A stretch of DNA of 29,593 nucleotides from a virus (IMGVR_UViG_3300020044_007353:1-29593); one strand, 5' to 3'; shown: positions 16,533-25,446, numbered from the stretch's first letter. Program-made: numbers and translations. The notes: generated from the letters alone by a model not told the origin.

Positions 16533-17480
16533 ATGTCAAACAACAAAAAATATGATTTTAATTTCAATCTTTCTTCTTTAGCAACTTATACCGACCAAGT
16601 TGGTGGTGAGTTAATCAGAAAAGCTATATTAGAAGGTGAAACAGCTAAAATCATCAAAGTACAACCAGGAGTTGTTGGTAGTCAAGCTATCAACTTATTG
16701 AACTCTAACTTGTATGTTCAAGATGGTACTTGTGGATGGGATGCTTCAGGTACAACTATCTACACTCAAAGAAACATCCAAACTTGTCAATACAAGGTAA
16801 ACGAATCTTTATGTCCTAGAGATTTAACAGATTATTGGGTTGGTCAATTATTACAACCTGGTGATTACAACGAGACTGTTCCATTTGAAGAACAAATCTC
16901 AATTCTTAAAACACAACAAATTTCTCAATACTGCGAAAACTTAATGTGGCAAGCATCTTCTGCTTCTACATGTTTCTCTGGATTCTTGCAATTAACAGCA
17001 CAACAAGGTACTGGTACAACAACTGTAACAGGTGGTATCGTAGTAACTGGTCAAACTGCTTTAACTTCAACTTCAGCTTTAACACAAGTAGACGTTCTTA
17101 TCGAGCAAATCCCTGATGATGTAGTAAACAGAACAGACTGGGTTGTTTTCATGTCACATGCAAACTACAGAAAGTATTTGATTAACTACAGAACAGCTAA
17201 CTACTACCATTTCAATCCTGAAAATTCTTATCAAGATTTCAAAACTTTCCACCCAGCTACTAACATTTTAGTACATCCAGTTGGAGGTTTATCAGGTTCT
17301 AACAGATTAGTATTAGCACCCGCAGGTTATATGGTTCTTGGAGTCAATCTAATGAGCGATTCTGAAACTCTAAAAATGTTCTACTCGGCTGATTTTGACG
17401 AGGTAAGATTAAGAAGTAATTTCTCTTTGGGTGTGCAAATTGCATGGCCTCAATACGTTATTACTAACGGTCTTGCATAA
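16533..17480 (+). CDS. Major capsid protein
   Basis: 315 aa after the scaffold, with Q.G.CG...G.T..TQR.I....KVN..LCP..L..YW and E...WQ motifs and a strong A-rich start context. Confidence 0.88.
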   Translation: MSNNKKYDFNFNLSSLATYTDQVGGELIRKAILEGETAKIIKVQPGVVGSQAINLLNSNLYVQDGTCGWDASGTTIYTQRNIQTCQYKVNESLCPRDLTDYWVGQLLQPGDYNETVPFEEQISILKTQQISQYCENLMWQASSASTCFSGFLQLTAQQGTGTTTVTGGIVVTGQTALTSTSALTQVDVLIEQIPDDVVNRTDWVVFMSHANYRKYLINYRTANYYHFNPENSYQDFKTFHPATNILVHPVGGLSGSNRLVLAPAGYMVLGVNLMSDSETLKMFYSADFDEVRLRSNFSLGVQIAWPQYVITNGLA

Positions 17481-17510
17481 TAACTAAACTAAAAATTAAA
17501 ACACAAAAAT

Positions 17511-18056
17511 ATGAGTTTTTCATCTTGTTATGTTACGAGCAACGTTTGTAAAGGTTGTCGTGATTCAGTAGGTGGTATTAAACAAGTCTATATTGTAGCT
17601 GGTTGCGTTACTGGTGTAACAGAAAACGGAGACCAAGAAATCCTAACTGTAGGTGCTACAGGTGGTACAGTTTATACTTTCCAAGTTGAGAAGAATACTT
17701 CTAATTTTGTTGAGACAATTCAAGCTAGTTTAGAAAATGGTACGACCGTATATAATCAGTTACTTTCATTAGTATTCTTGAAGTTACAACAATCTACCAG
17801 AAATCAAATTAAATTACTTGCTCAAAACACTAACTTAAAAGTGTTTGTCGAGACAAATGACGGAACAATCTTCTACTTAGGAGAAGAGTTTGGTCTTGCA
17901 ATCAATGGTGGTACAGCAGAGTCTGGAACAGCATTTGCAGACAGAAACGGATATACAATCACAATGGAAGGATTTGAAAGAGTTCCTGCTAAGCAATTAG
18001 CTAACCCTTTAAGTTCAACTCTTGTTGGTTTAACTTTATCAAGCTGCGCTTGTTAA
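17511..18056 (+). CDS. Major tail tube protein
   Basis: C.DSVGGIK.VY...S.ENGT..Y.Q.L......G.....G..ESG.A..D.NGYT.T..G.E. Followed by a strong hairpin. Confidence 0.75.
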   Translation: MSFSSCYVTSNVCKGCRDSVGGIKQVYIVAGCVTGVTENGDQEILTVGATGGTVYTFQVEKNTSNFVETIQASLENGTTVYNQLLSLVFLKLQQSTRNQIKLLAQNTNLKVFVETNDGTIFYLGEEFGLAINGGTAESGTAFADRNGYTITMEGFERVPAKQLANPLSSTLVGLTLSSCAC

Positions 18057-18066
18057 ATATAATATT

Positions 18067-18096
18067 GAGGGGGGTGGGATTGCCCCCCTTAATTTA
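18067..18096 (+). terminator. Intrinsic terminator after the capsid/tail-tube genes
   Basis: GAGGGGGGTG-GGAT-TGCCCCCCTT stem followed by AATTT. The U-tract is imperfect, so it may be leaky. Confidence 0.75.
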
Positions 18097-18110
18097 GCCA
18101 AATTCATTTA

Positions 18111-19214
18111 ATGAAGAATTTTAGAAAAAATATCGATAAAAGAACATGGGGTGTATTAGGTAAACAACAAACCTTTTATAGTCCAGAAAAGTTTTTGGGT
18201 GAAAAAGTCCCATTAAATGCAAATCCTTTGGATGCTTGGGATGTTAAACGTTCAAGATATAGAAGAGTAGACTTGGTACCAAGAAGTCCAATGTTAGCCA
18301 ATGATGAGCAACAAGCTGGTGCTGTTCCACAACCAAGTGCTACATCATCAACTCCATCAACGCCTACTCCTACTCCAAGCATAACTGCTTCACCAACTCC
18401 GAGTATAACTCCTACTCAAACACAGACACAAACTGGAACACCAGCAGTAACACCTACACAGACAACAACTAAAACTCCTACCCCGACAACAACTAATACC
18501 CCTACAACTACTTCTACGCCAACCACAACACCTACTCCAAGTACAACTCCACCACCATTTACTCCATCAGGTGTAACCAATCTTCAATTATGGTTTATCT
18601 CAACAAGTGGAGCATCTGTTTCATCTTGGACAAACTATGGTATTGCGGGTGGAACTATTGCACAATCAACAGGAGCACTACAACCATCAATAACATCAAA
18701 ATCTTTGGGTTCTTATACAGGTAATGCTGTTGTATTTAGTTCACAAGATTTCATGTCAGGAGCAACAACTGCCACAACATATACATCTTCAACGGTATTT
18801 GCTGTTGGTAGATTTACTCCAAGTGGAGCAGCAGCATATAACTTCGGATTTGATAATCCTGCAGACCATGTATTTGTATTCAGAATAAATGATGGAACGA
18901 ATATGTCAGGTTCTTATCGACCTGGTAAACGAACTTGGGCTAAAGCCACATATTCTGGTCTTCCTGTTTTATATGCACATTCAGGTGATAGTACAGGATT
19001 CTCAGCATCACTCAACGATACATTGGGAACAAGTGCATCAACAACAACACAAACATCATCTGTGGGTGCTTATGTTGGATATAATAACGGATTTGGGACA
19101 TCAAATGAAATTCAAATGTTTGAATACATTGTCTATAACAGAAAACTTACAACAACAGAATACAATAATGTTGTGAGTTATCTTAAAACAAAATATCAAT
19201 ATAGTACTTGGTAA
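18111..19214 (+). CDS. Pro/Thr-linker protein with C-terminal ConA/LamG-like domain
   Basis: TPT repeats, then F.P.....L.LW....V.SW.N...Q.....QP and E.IVYNR.LT..E...V..YL..KY. Confidence 0.75.
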   Translation: MKNFRKNIDKRTWGVLGKQQTFYSPEKFLGEKVPLNANPLDAWDVKRSRYRRVDLVPRSPMLANDEQQAGAVPQPSATSSTPSTPTPTPSITASPTPSITPTQTQTQTGTPAVTPTQTTTKTPTPTTTNTPTTTSTPTTTPTPSTTPPPFTPSGVTNLQLWFISTSGASVSSWTNYGIAGGTIAQSTGALQPSITSKSLGSYTGNAVVFSSQDFMSGATTATTYTSSTVFAVGRFTPSGAAAYNFGFDNPADHVFVFRINDGTNMSGSYRPGKRTWAKATYSGLPVLYAHSGDSTGFSASLNDTLGTSASTTTQTSSVGAYVGYNNGFGTSNEIQMFEYIVYNRKLTTTEYNNVVSYLKTKYQYSTW

Positions 19215-19495
19215 TGGAAACACAATATATACTTTTTATAAATGAGCAAGATGCTATGGACTTCAACCAACAAATCAACGATTGTATGGGATGGCCAAGC
19301 GATGGTACAGATACTTGGATGATTACACCAGATAACTTATGTGAGTTTGATTTAACAACAGGTGAGAAATTGAATATCGGTTATGGTGTTGTTATCAAGG
19401 ATAGAATCATTGATTGTTTAACAGAAGCACAAAAAAGAGAAATCTTAATATTGCCATCAAACATAAACGACTGCTCTTGGAATCCATTACAATAA
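19214..19495 (+). CDS. Small hypothetical protein coupled to the lectin-domain gene
   Basis: TAATG overlap gives ATG 19214, preferred over TTG 19208. Confidence 0.65.
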   Translation: METQYILFINEQDAMDFNQQINDCMGWPSDGTDTWMITPDNLCEFDLTTGEKLNIGYGVVIKDRIIDCLTEAQKREILILPSNINDCSWNPLQ

Positions 19496-19511
19496 ATTAA
19501 TAATATAGACT

Positions 19512-20309
19512 ATGCCAGCACTTACAGGAAATCAGATACAAAGTACGTATCAAGGACTATTAAAATTAGCCGATTCAACAACGGGTATCACATCAACATA
19601 CCAACAAATCCAAGATGGATTAGGTAATAATACAAACACAAGAATTTCAACTGCAGGTATTCAATCACCAAATATTGTTGAAATGAGTTTGAATACTATG
19701 AAAGCGGATTATTATGGACCTGGTTTTATTGCAGGAGCAGGAGCAGCAAACATCGCTGGTACACAATTAAAAACATTATATTATCCATTTTATGATACAG
19801 GAAACTTTTCATATTCAGCGATAACATATAATGTCGGAACAGTAACATCAACAAGTGATGTTGTGACAATGGCAATATATTCAGCACAATTAGTCCCTAA
19901 TATTGGTATTGCACCAAAAGATTTAATAATGAGTGGTATTACTTTAATATCAAATTCGACAGGTGTTAAAACACAATCATTACCGTCAACATTATCTTTT
20001 TCAGGTGCTGGCGGTGGATATTATATTGCAGCATTCTATGTAAGTAATGCTAATGTTAACCCAACTGTAAGATATAGTACTGCAAACTTTACAACAAATA
20101 ACCAATCATATGCAACAAGTTTTGGATTGTATATTAATGCTGCAGGAACTGCAACACAAGTTGGTCAAAAATATATGCTAGTAGGTATTCAGAATGTATT
20201 GAATGTTGGATTTCAATCAACATACACAAGTGCAGACATAACAACAAACTATAACACCTCAATTGTTACACAATCTATTTGGGGGTTTGCCTTAAACACA
20301 ATATTCTAA
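19512..20309 (+). CDS. Putative fibre/appendage structural protein
   Basis: N-terminal LTG..I..TY.GLLK....I.DGLGN. G/S/T-rich beta-type composition. Confidence 0.55.
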   Translation: MPALTGNQIQSTYQGLLKLADSTTGITSTYQQIQDGLGNNTNTRISTAGIQSPNIVEMSLNTMKADYYGPGFIAGAGAANIAGTQLKTLYYPFYDTGNFSYSAITYNVGTVTSTSDVVTMAIYSAQLVPNIGIAPKDLIMSGITLISNSTGVKTQSLPSTLSFSGAGGGYYIAAFYVSNANVNPTVRYSTANFTTNNQSYATSFGLYINAAGTATQVGQKYMLVGIQNVLNVGFQSTYTSADITTNYNTSIVTQSIWGFALNTIF

Positions 20310-20369
20310 TGAGTATATTATTTTTATTGATAGACGATAAACTGGACGCACATTATATTGTAAGTACGA

Positions 20370-21938
20370 ATGCTAATAATTAGAAAAAATCAGGTTAATA
20401 ACTTAATTGCAACGGTCTCAATGAATAAGACCTTGCCAAACCCTTATTATTTATTTTCTTTTCAGCACATAGCTAGTAAGGAAAGAGTTTCATTTATACC
20501 TGAAGTTATAACATCTAATGTTAGATACGATAAATTTCGATTTATTGAAGGTCCAACTAATTTATCATCTACGCCACCTACTGCTCAATTTTTATATAAT
20601 GGCCAGTGGTACTATTCCATTTATGAACAAGTAAGTTCGACTAATACAAATATTTCTTTAGCATATAATAAACTTGAATCAGGTAGAGCTGTTGTTATTA
20701 ACGGTGAAGACCAAACTGATGATTGCTTCTTTGAACCATACATTAGTTCAAATGAAGAGGATGCAAATGTTATATATGTTTCTGAACAAGAAGAATATTG
20801 TATATCAGGAGATACAACACCAGTATGTCCATCAGGATTAACTGGTAATTGTCCTACTTATGTTGCAAGATATTCTCCTATCAATAGTTTATATTACAAA
20901 AATACGGGTACAACAGCTAGTTTCTTAACAGCTCTTGATGGTTGTTTACCAACTCAAGTAGCTTTTGATGACACTAGAATGTTTATTGCTGATGGATGTT
21001 CTAACTATTATGAATATGATTATTCAATTACTTCAGGTGGATGCTTTAATCAAACATTGGTTAAAACTTGGAGATTATGGGATTCATCAGCCGCAACACC
21101 TAATGCAACTTATACTATGGGAATATATGACCAAGACAATTTAATTGTTGGTGCACATGCTTCCTTTGAGTTTCAAACAGGTTCAACTTTATATTTGTAT
21201 AACTTAACAACATCAGCAACAACCAAATGGTTAGAAATAGGTAATGGAGCTGCTGTTACAAATGTTTATTACAATACAGGTAATACACAATTATTATTGA
21301 GTTATTATAGTCCTTCAGGCGGGACTGGTCATTATCAATTATATTCAGGTTCAAGTAATCCTCAATTAATAAATGATATTCCAAGCACGAGTTCAATTGC
21401 TGGTGGTACATTCTATTTTAGTGGAAATACCCCAATTGCTGTAAATGTTGCAGGTCTACAATGGAGTTTAGATTTTACAAATCAAACAATAACTTTATTG
21501 GAGAATCAAAGTGGAATACCAATATACTATGTTCAATTTGGTGATGGATTTGATTATTTATCGAATATTTCTCAACCATCATCTTGTTATACATTTGATT
21601 TATCATCAGCTACTACTTCAGTTTATTCTCAAGTATTAACTTTTACTGGAACACCAAACTATAACTCAATACAATATAGATGTGATGGAACACAAGTTGA
21701 GGCTTGTTATAGTATAGATAATCAAAATACTATGACTGATTTGGTTAATTTATTTAATACACCAGCACCAGACCCATTACCACCAAGTTGTAATACACCA
21801 TCATTTTGTTATTGTTGGACTGATTATGGAACTTATTATGATAATGGTGATGGTAGAGTTAGATGTGAAATGCCAACATCATTATACAATACCTTATGTT
21901 CTGGTGGAACACTAACCTTGAATGTTATTAATGATTAA
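20370..21938 (+). CDS. Putative head-closure/adaptor protein with long C-terminal extension
   Basis: The first ~130 aa (TV....TL.NPYYLF.F...RYD.F...G.W.Y.IYEQ.S.TN...E.GR) resemble small pre-portal structural proteins. About 380 aa of Cys/Thr/Gly-rich sequence follow. Confidence 0.5.
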   Translation: MLIIRKNQVNNLIATVSMNKTLPNPYYLFSFQHIASKERVSFIPEVITSNVRYDKFRFIEGPTNLSSTPPTAQFLYNGQWYYSIYEQVSSTNTNISLAYNKLESGRAVVINGEDQTDDCFFEPYISSNEEDANVIYVSEQEEYCISGDTTPVCPSGLTGNCPTYVARYSPINSLYYKNTGTTASFLTALDGCLPTQVAFDDTRMFIADGCSNYYEYDYSITSGGCFNQTLVKTWRLWDSSAATPNATYTMGIYDQDNLIVGAHASFEFQTGSTLYLYNLTTSATTKWLEIGNGAAVTNVYYNTGNTQLLLSYYSPSGGTGHYQLYSGSSNPQLINDIPSTSSIAGGTFYFSGNTPIAVNVAGLQWSLDFTNQTITLLENQSGIPIYYVQFGDGFDYLSNISQPSSCYTFDLSSATTSVYSQVLTFTGTPNYNSIQYRCDGTQVEACYSIDNQNTMTDLVNLFNTPAPDPLPPSCNTPSFCYCWTDYGTYYDNGDGRVRCEMPTSLYNTLCSGGTLTLNVIND

Positions 21939-21941
21939 TTG

Positions 21942-21970
21942 TGGATAAAAATAAAAAATTAGATATTTAT
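21942..21970 (+). promoter_or_regulatory. Putative promoter TGGATA-N16-TATTTAT
   Basis: Copy of the motif. TATTT begins 12 nt before ATG 21976. Confidence 0.65.
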
Positions 21971-21975
21971 TAGTA

Positions 21976-23112
21976 ATGAGTAAAACAGATATAAGAATAC
22001 AAGAATTTAGTGCAGCCTATGTACCTCAATACCAAGAGGTAATAAAAAACAAACCTTGGGTTTATTATGGTGAAGACAATTGCTTTCCGAATCACTTATT
22101 GGCTCTATATCAATACTCCGCTATACATAGAGCTTGTGCAAATGCTGTCATTTATGGTGTAACAGGTAAAAACTTAAAAGTATTGGAGGGTGACCCTAAT
22201 GCTATTGCAATGGCTAATAGGAATGATTCAGTATTTGAAGTTTATCAGAAACTAGTTACTGATAGGGTACTTTTCGGGGGAATGGCGATGAACGTTGTAA
22301 AAGCTAACGATGGCTCAATTGCTGAGTTTTATCATACAGACTTTTCAAGATTGAGAGCTGGTAAAGAAGATGAGTTTAGTAATGTAGGTCATTATTATTA
22401 TTCAATAGATTGGAGAGGTTCAACAACAAATCCAAACAAATGGAAGCCATTGGAAATCGAATCATTTAACATGTTACCTGATTCAGCTCCAAGCCAAATT
22501 ATGTATTTCAAGCGATACAATCCTGGTATGTCTTATTATCCCCCACCAGATTATTTGGGAGCATTAACAACAATTCAGTTAGATGTTGAGGTTAAGAATT
22601 TCCATTTGAATAATACACAGAATTCAATGATGCCATCCATGTCAGTAAGTTTTACTAATGGTGTACCATCAGAAGAGGAGAGAGATATTTTAATGAGACA
22701 ATTGGAAGCAAAATATTCAAGCACAAATAATGCTGGTCGTATTTTCCTATTCTTTAGTGAAAACCCTGAAACAGCACCAGTTATTACTCCAATACCAAAC
22801 AACGCATCTGATGCATGGTATTCACAAATGGCTCCACAAATCGAACAAACAATCTTATCAGGATGGAGAATTACCTCACCACAAATCTTGGGGGTAAAGA
22901 CGGCGGGACAACTTGGGGGCAGAGAAGAATTATTGGATGCCTATAATTTATTCCTTGAAATTGTTATTAAACCTATTCAAGAAGAAGTTTTAAAAGCATT
23001 AGAAAAAGTTATCTTCTTGAAGACAGGCAAACAAGTTAATCTTGGGGTGGAACAAAATCAATTGCTCCCATCAGTTGAACAAACTATTGAAGGAGATATA
23101 AAAGGAATATAA
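21976..23112 (+). CDS. Portal protein
   Basis: WV.YG.DN.FP..L..LY..S..H.A, YYP.PDY.G, FH.NN..N...PS, I...RITSP..LG, VI.P.Q. Confidence 0.9.
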   Translation: MSKTDIRIQEFSAAYVPQYQEVIKNKPWVYYGEDNCFPNHLLALYQYSAIHRACANAVIYGVTGKNLKVLEGDPNAIAMANRNDSVFEVYQKLVTDRVLFGGMAMNVVKANDGSIAEFYHTDFSRLRAGKEDEFSNVGHYYYSIDWRGSTTNPNKWKPLEIESFNMLPDSAPSQIMYFKRYNPGMSYYPPPDYLGALTTIQLDVEVKNFHLNNTQNSMMPSMSVSFTNGVPSEEERDILMRQLEAKYSSTNNAGRIFLFFSENPETAPVITPIPNNASDAWYSQMAPQIEQTILSGWRITSPQILGVKTAGQLGGREELLDAYNLFLEIVIKPIQEEVLKALEKVIFLKTGKQVNLGVEQNQLLPSVEQTIEGDIKGI

Positions 23113-23113
23113 T

Positions 23114-23731
23114 ATGAGTAAACAAACACTTTTAATATCAGAATCTAAGCTCAAAGCGTATAGCACGCTAAATCAGAACATTGATATGGCTTTATTGACC
23201 AGTATGATTTTTTTAAGTCAGGAATTAGGTCTGCAAACTCTTATAGGCAGCCGTTGCTATGACTACTATTGTAATCTAGTACAAGCTGTTCAATTATCTG
23301 GTGCTACTTTAACTCAACCTGAAAGAATATTGTTGGAAGATTATATTGCTCCTTATTTGATATATAGAGCGGAGTTCGAGGCAACCCCTGAGCTGTTCGC
23401 CAGAAAAATGAATAAGGCTATTACGTTGGGTAATACAGAACAGGGTACATCAATCGATATTAAAGGAATGCAATATATGAGAGAGATATCTCAAGGTAGA
23501 TATCAATTCTATGCTCAGCGTTTACAAGACCAATTAAGAAACTTCCCTAACGATTATCCTTGTTATTATGCATATACCAATCAAGATGGTATGCCAACAT
23601 CAAAACAAACTTATTTCTCAGGTATTCAATTCCAACCTGGTGTAAGATATCCACCAAGAAGAAATACTTGGGCTGGTAATCTCCCATCGTATTATGGTCC
23701 TGAATATAATTGTTGTGATGGTTATAACTAA
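23114..23731 (+). CDS. Head-tail connector/adaptor protein
   Basis: Follows the portal gene. LISE..LK....N.NID...Q...LQ.L.G...Y...LL.DYI.P.L. Confidence 0.65.
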   Translation: MSKQTLLISESKLKAYSTLNQNIDMALLTSMIFLSQELGLQTLIGSRCYDYYCNLVQAVQLSGATLTQPERILLEDYIAPYLIYRAEFEATPELFARKMNKAITLGNTEQGTSIDIKGMQYMREISQGRYQFYAQRLQDQLRNFPNDYPCYYAYTNQDGMPTSKQTYFSGIQFQPGVRYPPRRNTWAGNLPSYYGPEYNCCDGYN

Positions 23732-23736
23732 TTTAT

Positions 23737-24018
23737 ATGAATAGTGAACTAATATTAATAATATCTAATGCTTTAACAGGAATTGCAGCATTCTTGGTTG
23801 GAAAAAGAAGAACAAATGCAGAGACTGATTCAGTCGTACTGAAGAACCTCGAGTTAAGTGTAAATTTATACGCACAGATAATTCAGTCCCTGAAAGAAGA
23901 AATTGAATCATTAAATCTTAAGATTCAGGAGTTAGAGAAAAAAGTTGACTTATTGCATGCTGAAAATAAAAAATTAAAATCAAAAACAAAATACAATGCC
24001 AATTCCAGTTCCCTCTAA
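23737..24018 (+). CDS. Single-TM plus coiled-coil protein (holin-like)
   Basis: Hydrophobic N-terminus LILIISNALTGIAAFLVG-KRR, then heptad repeats. Confidence 0.55.
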   Translation: MNSELILIISNALTGIAAFLVGKRRTNAETDSVVLKNLELSVNLYAQIIQSLKEEIESLNLKIQELEKKVDLLHAENKKLKSKTKYNANSSSL

Positions 24019-24457
24019 AAATGAACAAGAATCAGACTTCATCAGTAGATGTGCGTCGGAACTTTCTAATGAATATGACCAAGAGCAGTTAATTGCTGTG
24101 TGTTATGCTTCTTGGGATAAAGAGAATATGTCATCCGAACTTGAAGAGTTTAAAACATTACCTGAAGGTGATTGTTTATCAAGAGCTAAGTCAGCTGGTT
24201 ATACAGATGAGTATGCAAAATGGGCTTGTTCAAAGCCAAAAGAAAATGATGGTCAACAAGGTGGAGTTGTTGGATTTGCTAGAACCAAATTTGAATTCCC
24301 ACCAAACCACAAAGAAACAATGAATGAATACATGGCTCGTTGTATGAGCAATTCTGTTGTTAGAGAAAGAAAACCACATAGACCAACAAGAGCTGGTTTT
24401 TGTTATTCAAATTACCAAAACAATTACATCAACAATATAGGCAAGAAGTGGAAATAG
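23996..24457 (+). CDS. Hypothetical protein built from three Cys-pair minidomains
   Basis: P.P...E...FISRC...Q..AVCY, repeated as P...E..EYMARC...AGFCY, with a CL...AC module between them. Confidence 0.7.
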   Translation: MPIPVPSKNEQESDFISRCASELSNEYDQEQLIAVCYASWDKENMSSELEEFKTLPEGDCLSRAKSAGYTDEYAKWACSKPKENDGQQGGVVGFARTKFEFPPNHKETMNEYMARCMSNSVVRERKPHRPTRAGFCYSNYQNNYINNIGKKWK

Positions 24458-24518
24458 GTTATAACCTAATTTTAAGACTCATCCTTGAGTTATTTTAAGT
24501 TATTGATACATTTACCTT

Positions 24519-24884
24519 ATGAAAGATTTAGAGTTAATAGAAAAGAAGATATGCAAAGCTTGTGGTAATCAGAAGAAATTAAAAAGTTTTGGAAAGACAA
24601 GTAGTGGCAATAGAGGAAATGTTTGCAATGTTTGCAAATCATTGGGTAATACAATTAAAAAAGGAGTTAAAGGTGAACATTATGTAGTGAAGAATAATGC
24701 TCTACAATTAGGGAATACTAGTATCAAGGATTATAAAAATACTTATGAATTTCTTGAATCCATTGGATATAATTTATCTGAAGACATTCATATTCAGTTT
24801 TGTCTCAAATATGGATTAACTCCTCATTCCCCCAAACAAAAATTTAAAAATCATTATTCACAAAAAGATTGTGGATTTATTTGA
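24519..24884 (+). CDS. Zn-finger (CxxC...CxxC) protein
   Basis: KICKACG..K....F......R...CNVCK. Confidence 0.7.
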   Translation: MKDLELIEKKICKACGNQKKLKSFGKTSSGNRGNVCNVCKSLGNTIKKGVKGEHYVVKNNALQLGNTSIKDYKNTYEFLESIGYNLSEDIHIQFCLKYGLTPHSPKQKFKNHYSQKDCGFI

Positions 24885-24911
24885 TTCTTTTTTATATTTC
24901 ATTATATTTAT
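24881..24911 (+). promoter_or_regulatory. Putative promoter TTGATT-N18-TATTTAT upstream of the structured non-coding region
   Basis: Copy of the motif. TATTT begins 11 nt before the first paired base (24916). Confidence 0.55.
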
Positions 24912-24915
24912 TATT

Positions 24916-25403
24916 CTACCACGCCAGTCAAAGACATATTCAATATCTTAAACTGATATATTCTTAAACTGGAGAACCGACTGGTGTGGTAGCTAAATGG
25001 TTCTCCTTTTTATTTTTGTATCAGTTTTTTTTATTTAACAGGTCTTAAAATGGTTTTAACCTGAACTTACACAACGGTGAGTTAAATGAAAGATTACTGT
25101 TCTTTATGTTTAACATTTATATTTTAACGGGTCTAATTGACTTGGGGTTCATATAAATGGAGATATAAGTATCAAAGAAAAGTGTTGGCAATGTTCTACA
25201 GGGTAACAACCAACGACAAAGAAACTAGGAAAAGTTTTGATACTCCCATAGGATATTGGGTACATAGTAGAGCTTTGAAATTACGAGTTGAGAAATAAAG
25301 TAATGGATTATACAAATGAAATCTGAATTAGTTGTGGGATTTCTTTGGATATAGTCCCTGATATGCAAATATAAAACCTATTTACTGAAATTCAGTAAGC
25401 AGG
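24916..25403 (+). ncRNA. Candidate structured non-coding RNA (or origin) with 5' pseudoknot/attenuator
   Basis: The only long ORF-free gap. Helices: 24916-24929/24979-24992, 24971-24978/24999-25006, 24950-24959/25018-25027, 25039-25063, 25168-25177/25235-25244, 25184-25188/25210-25214, 25336-25341/25353-25358, 25377-25403. Confidence 0.55.
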
Positions 25404-25412
25404 AAAATAATA

Positions 25413-25442
25413 TAGACTTTTTTGTATTTTTACTATATTTAT
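25413..25442 (+). promoter_or_regulatory. Putative promoter TAGACT-N17-TATTTAT
   Basis: Copy of the motif. TATTT begins 11 nt before ATG 25447. Confidence 0.6.
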
Positions 25443-25446
25443 TATT

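Noticed and set aside
20310-20369. Additional promoter copies upstream of 20370 and 24519
   Set aside because: Only partial matches (TATATTGTA and GATACATTTAC) with irregular spacing, too weak to call.
24885-25446. tRNA or tmRNA in the non-coding gap
   Set aside because: No cloverleaf with a T-loop GTTCRA in proper context and no acceptor stem ending in CCA was found by eye.
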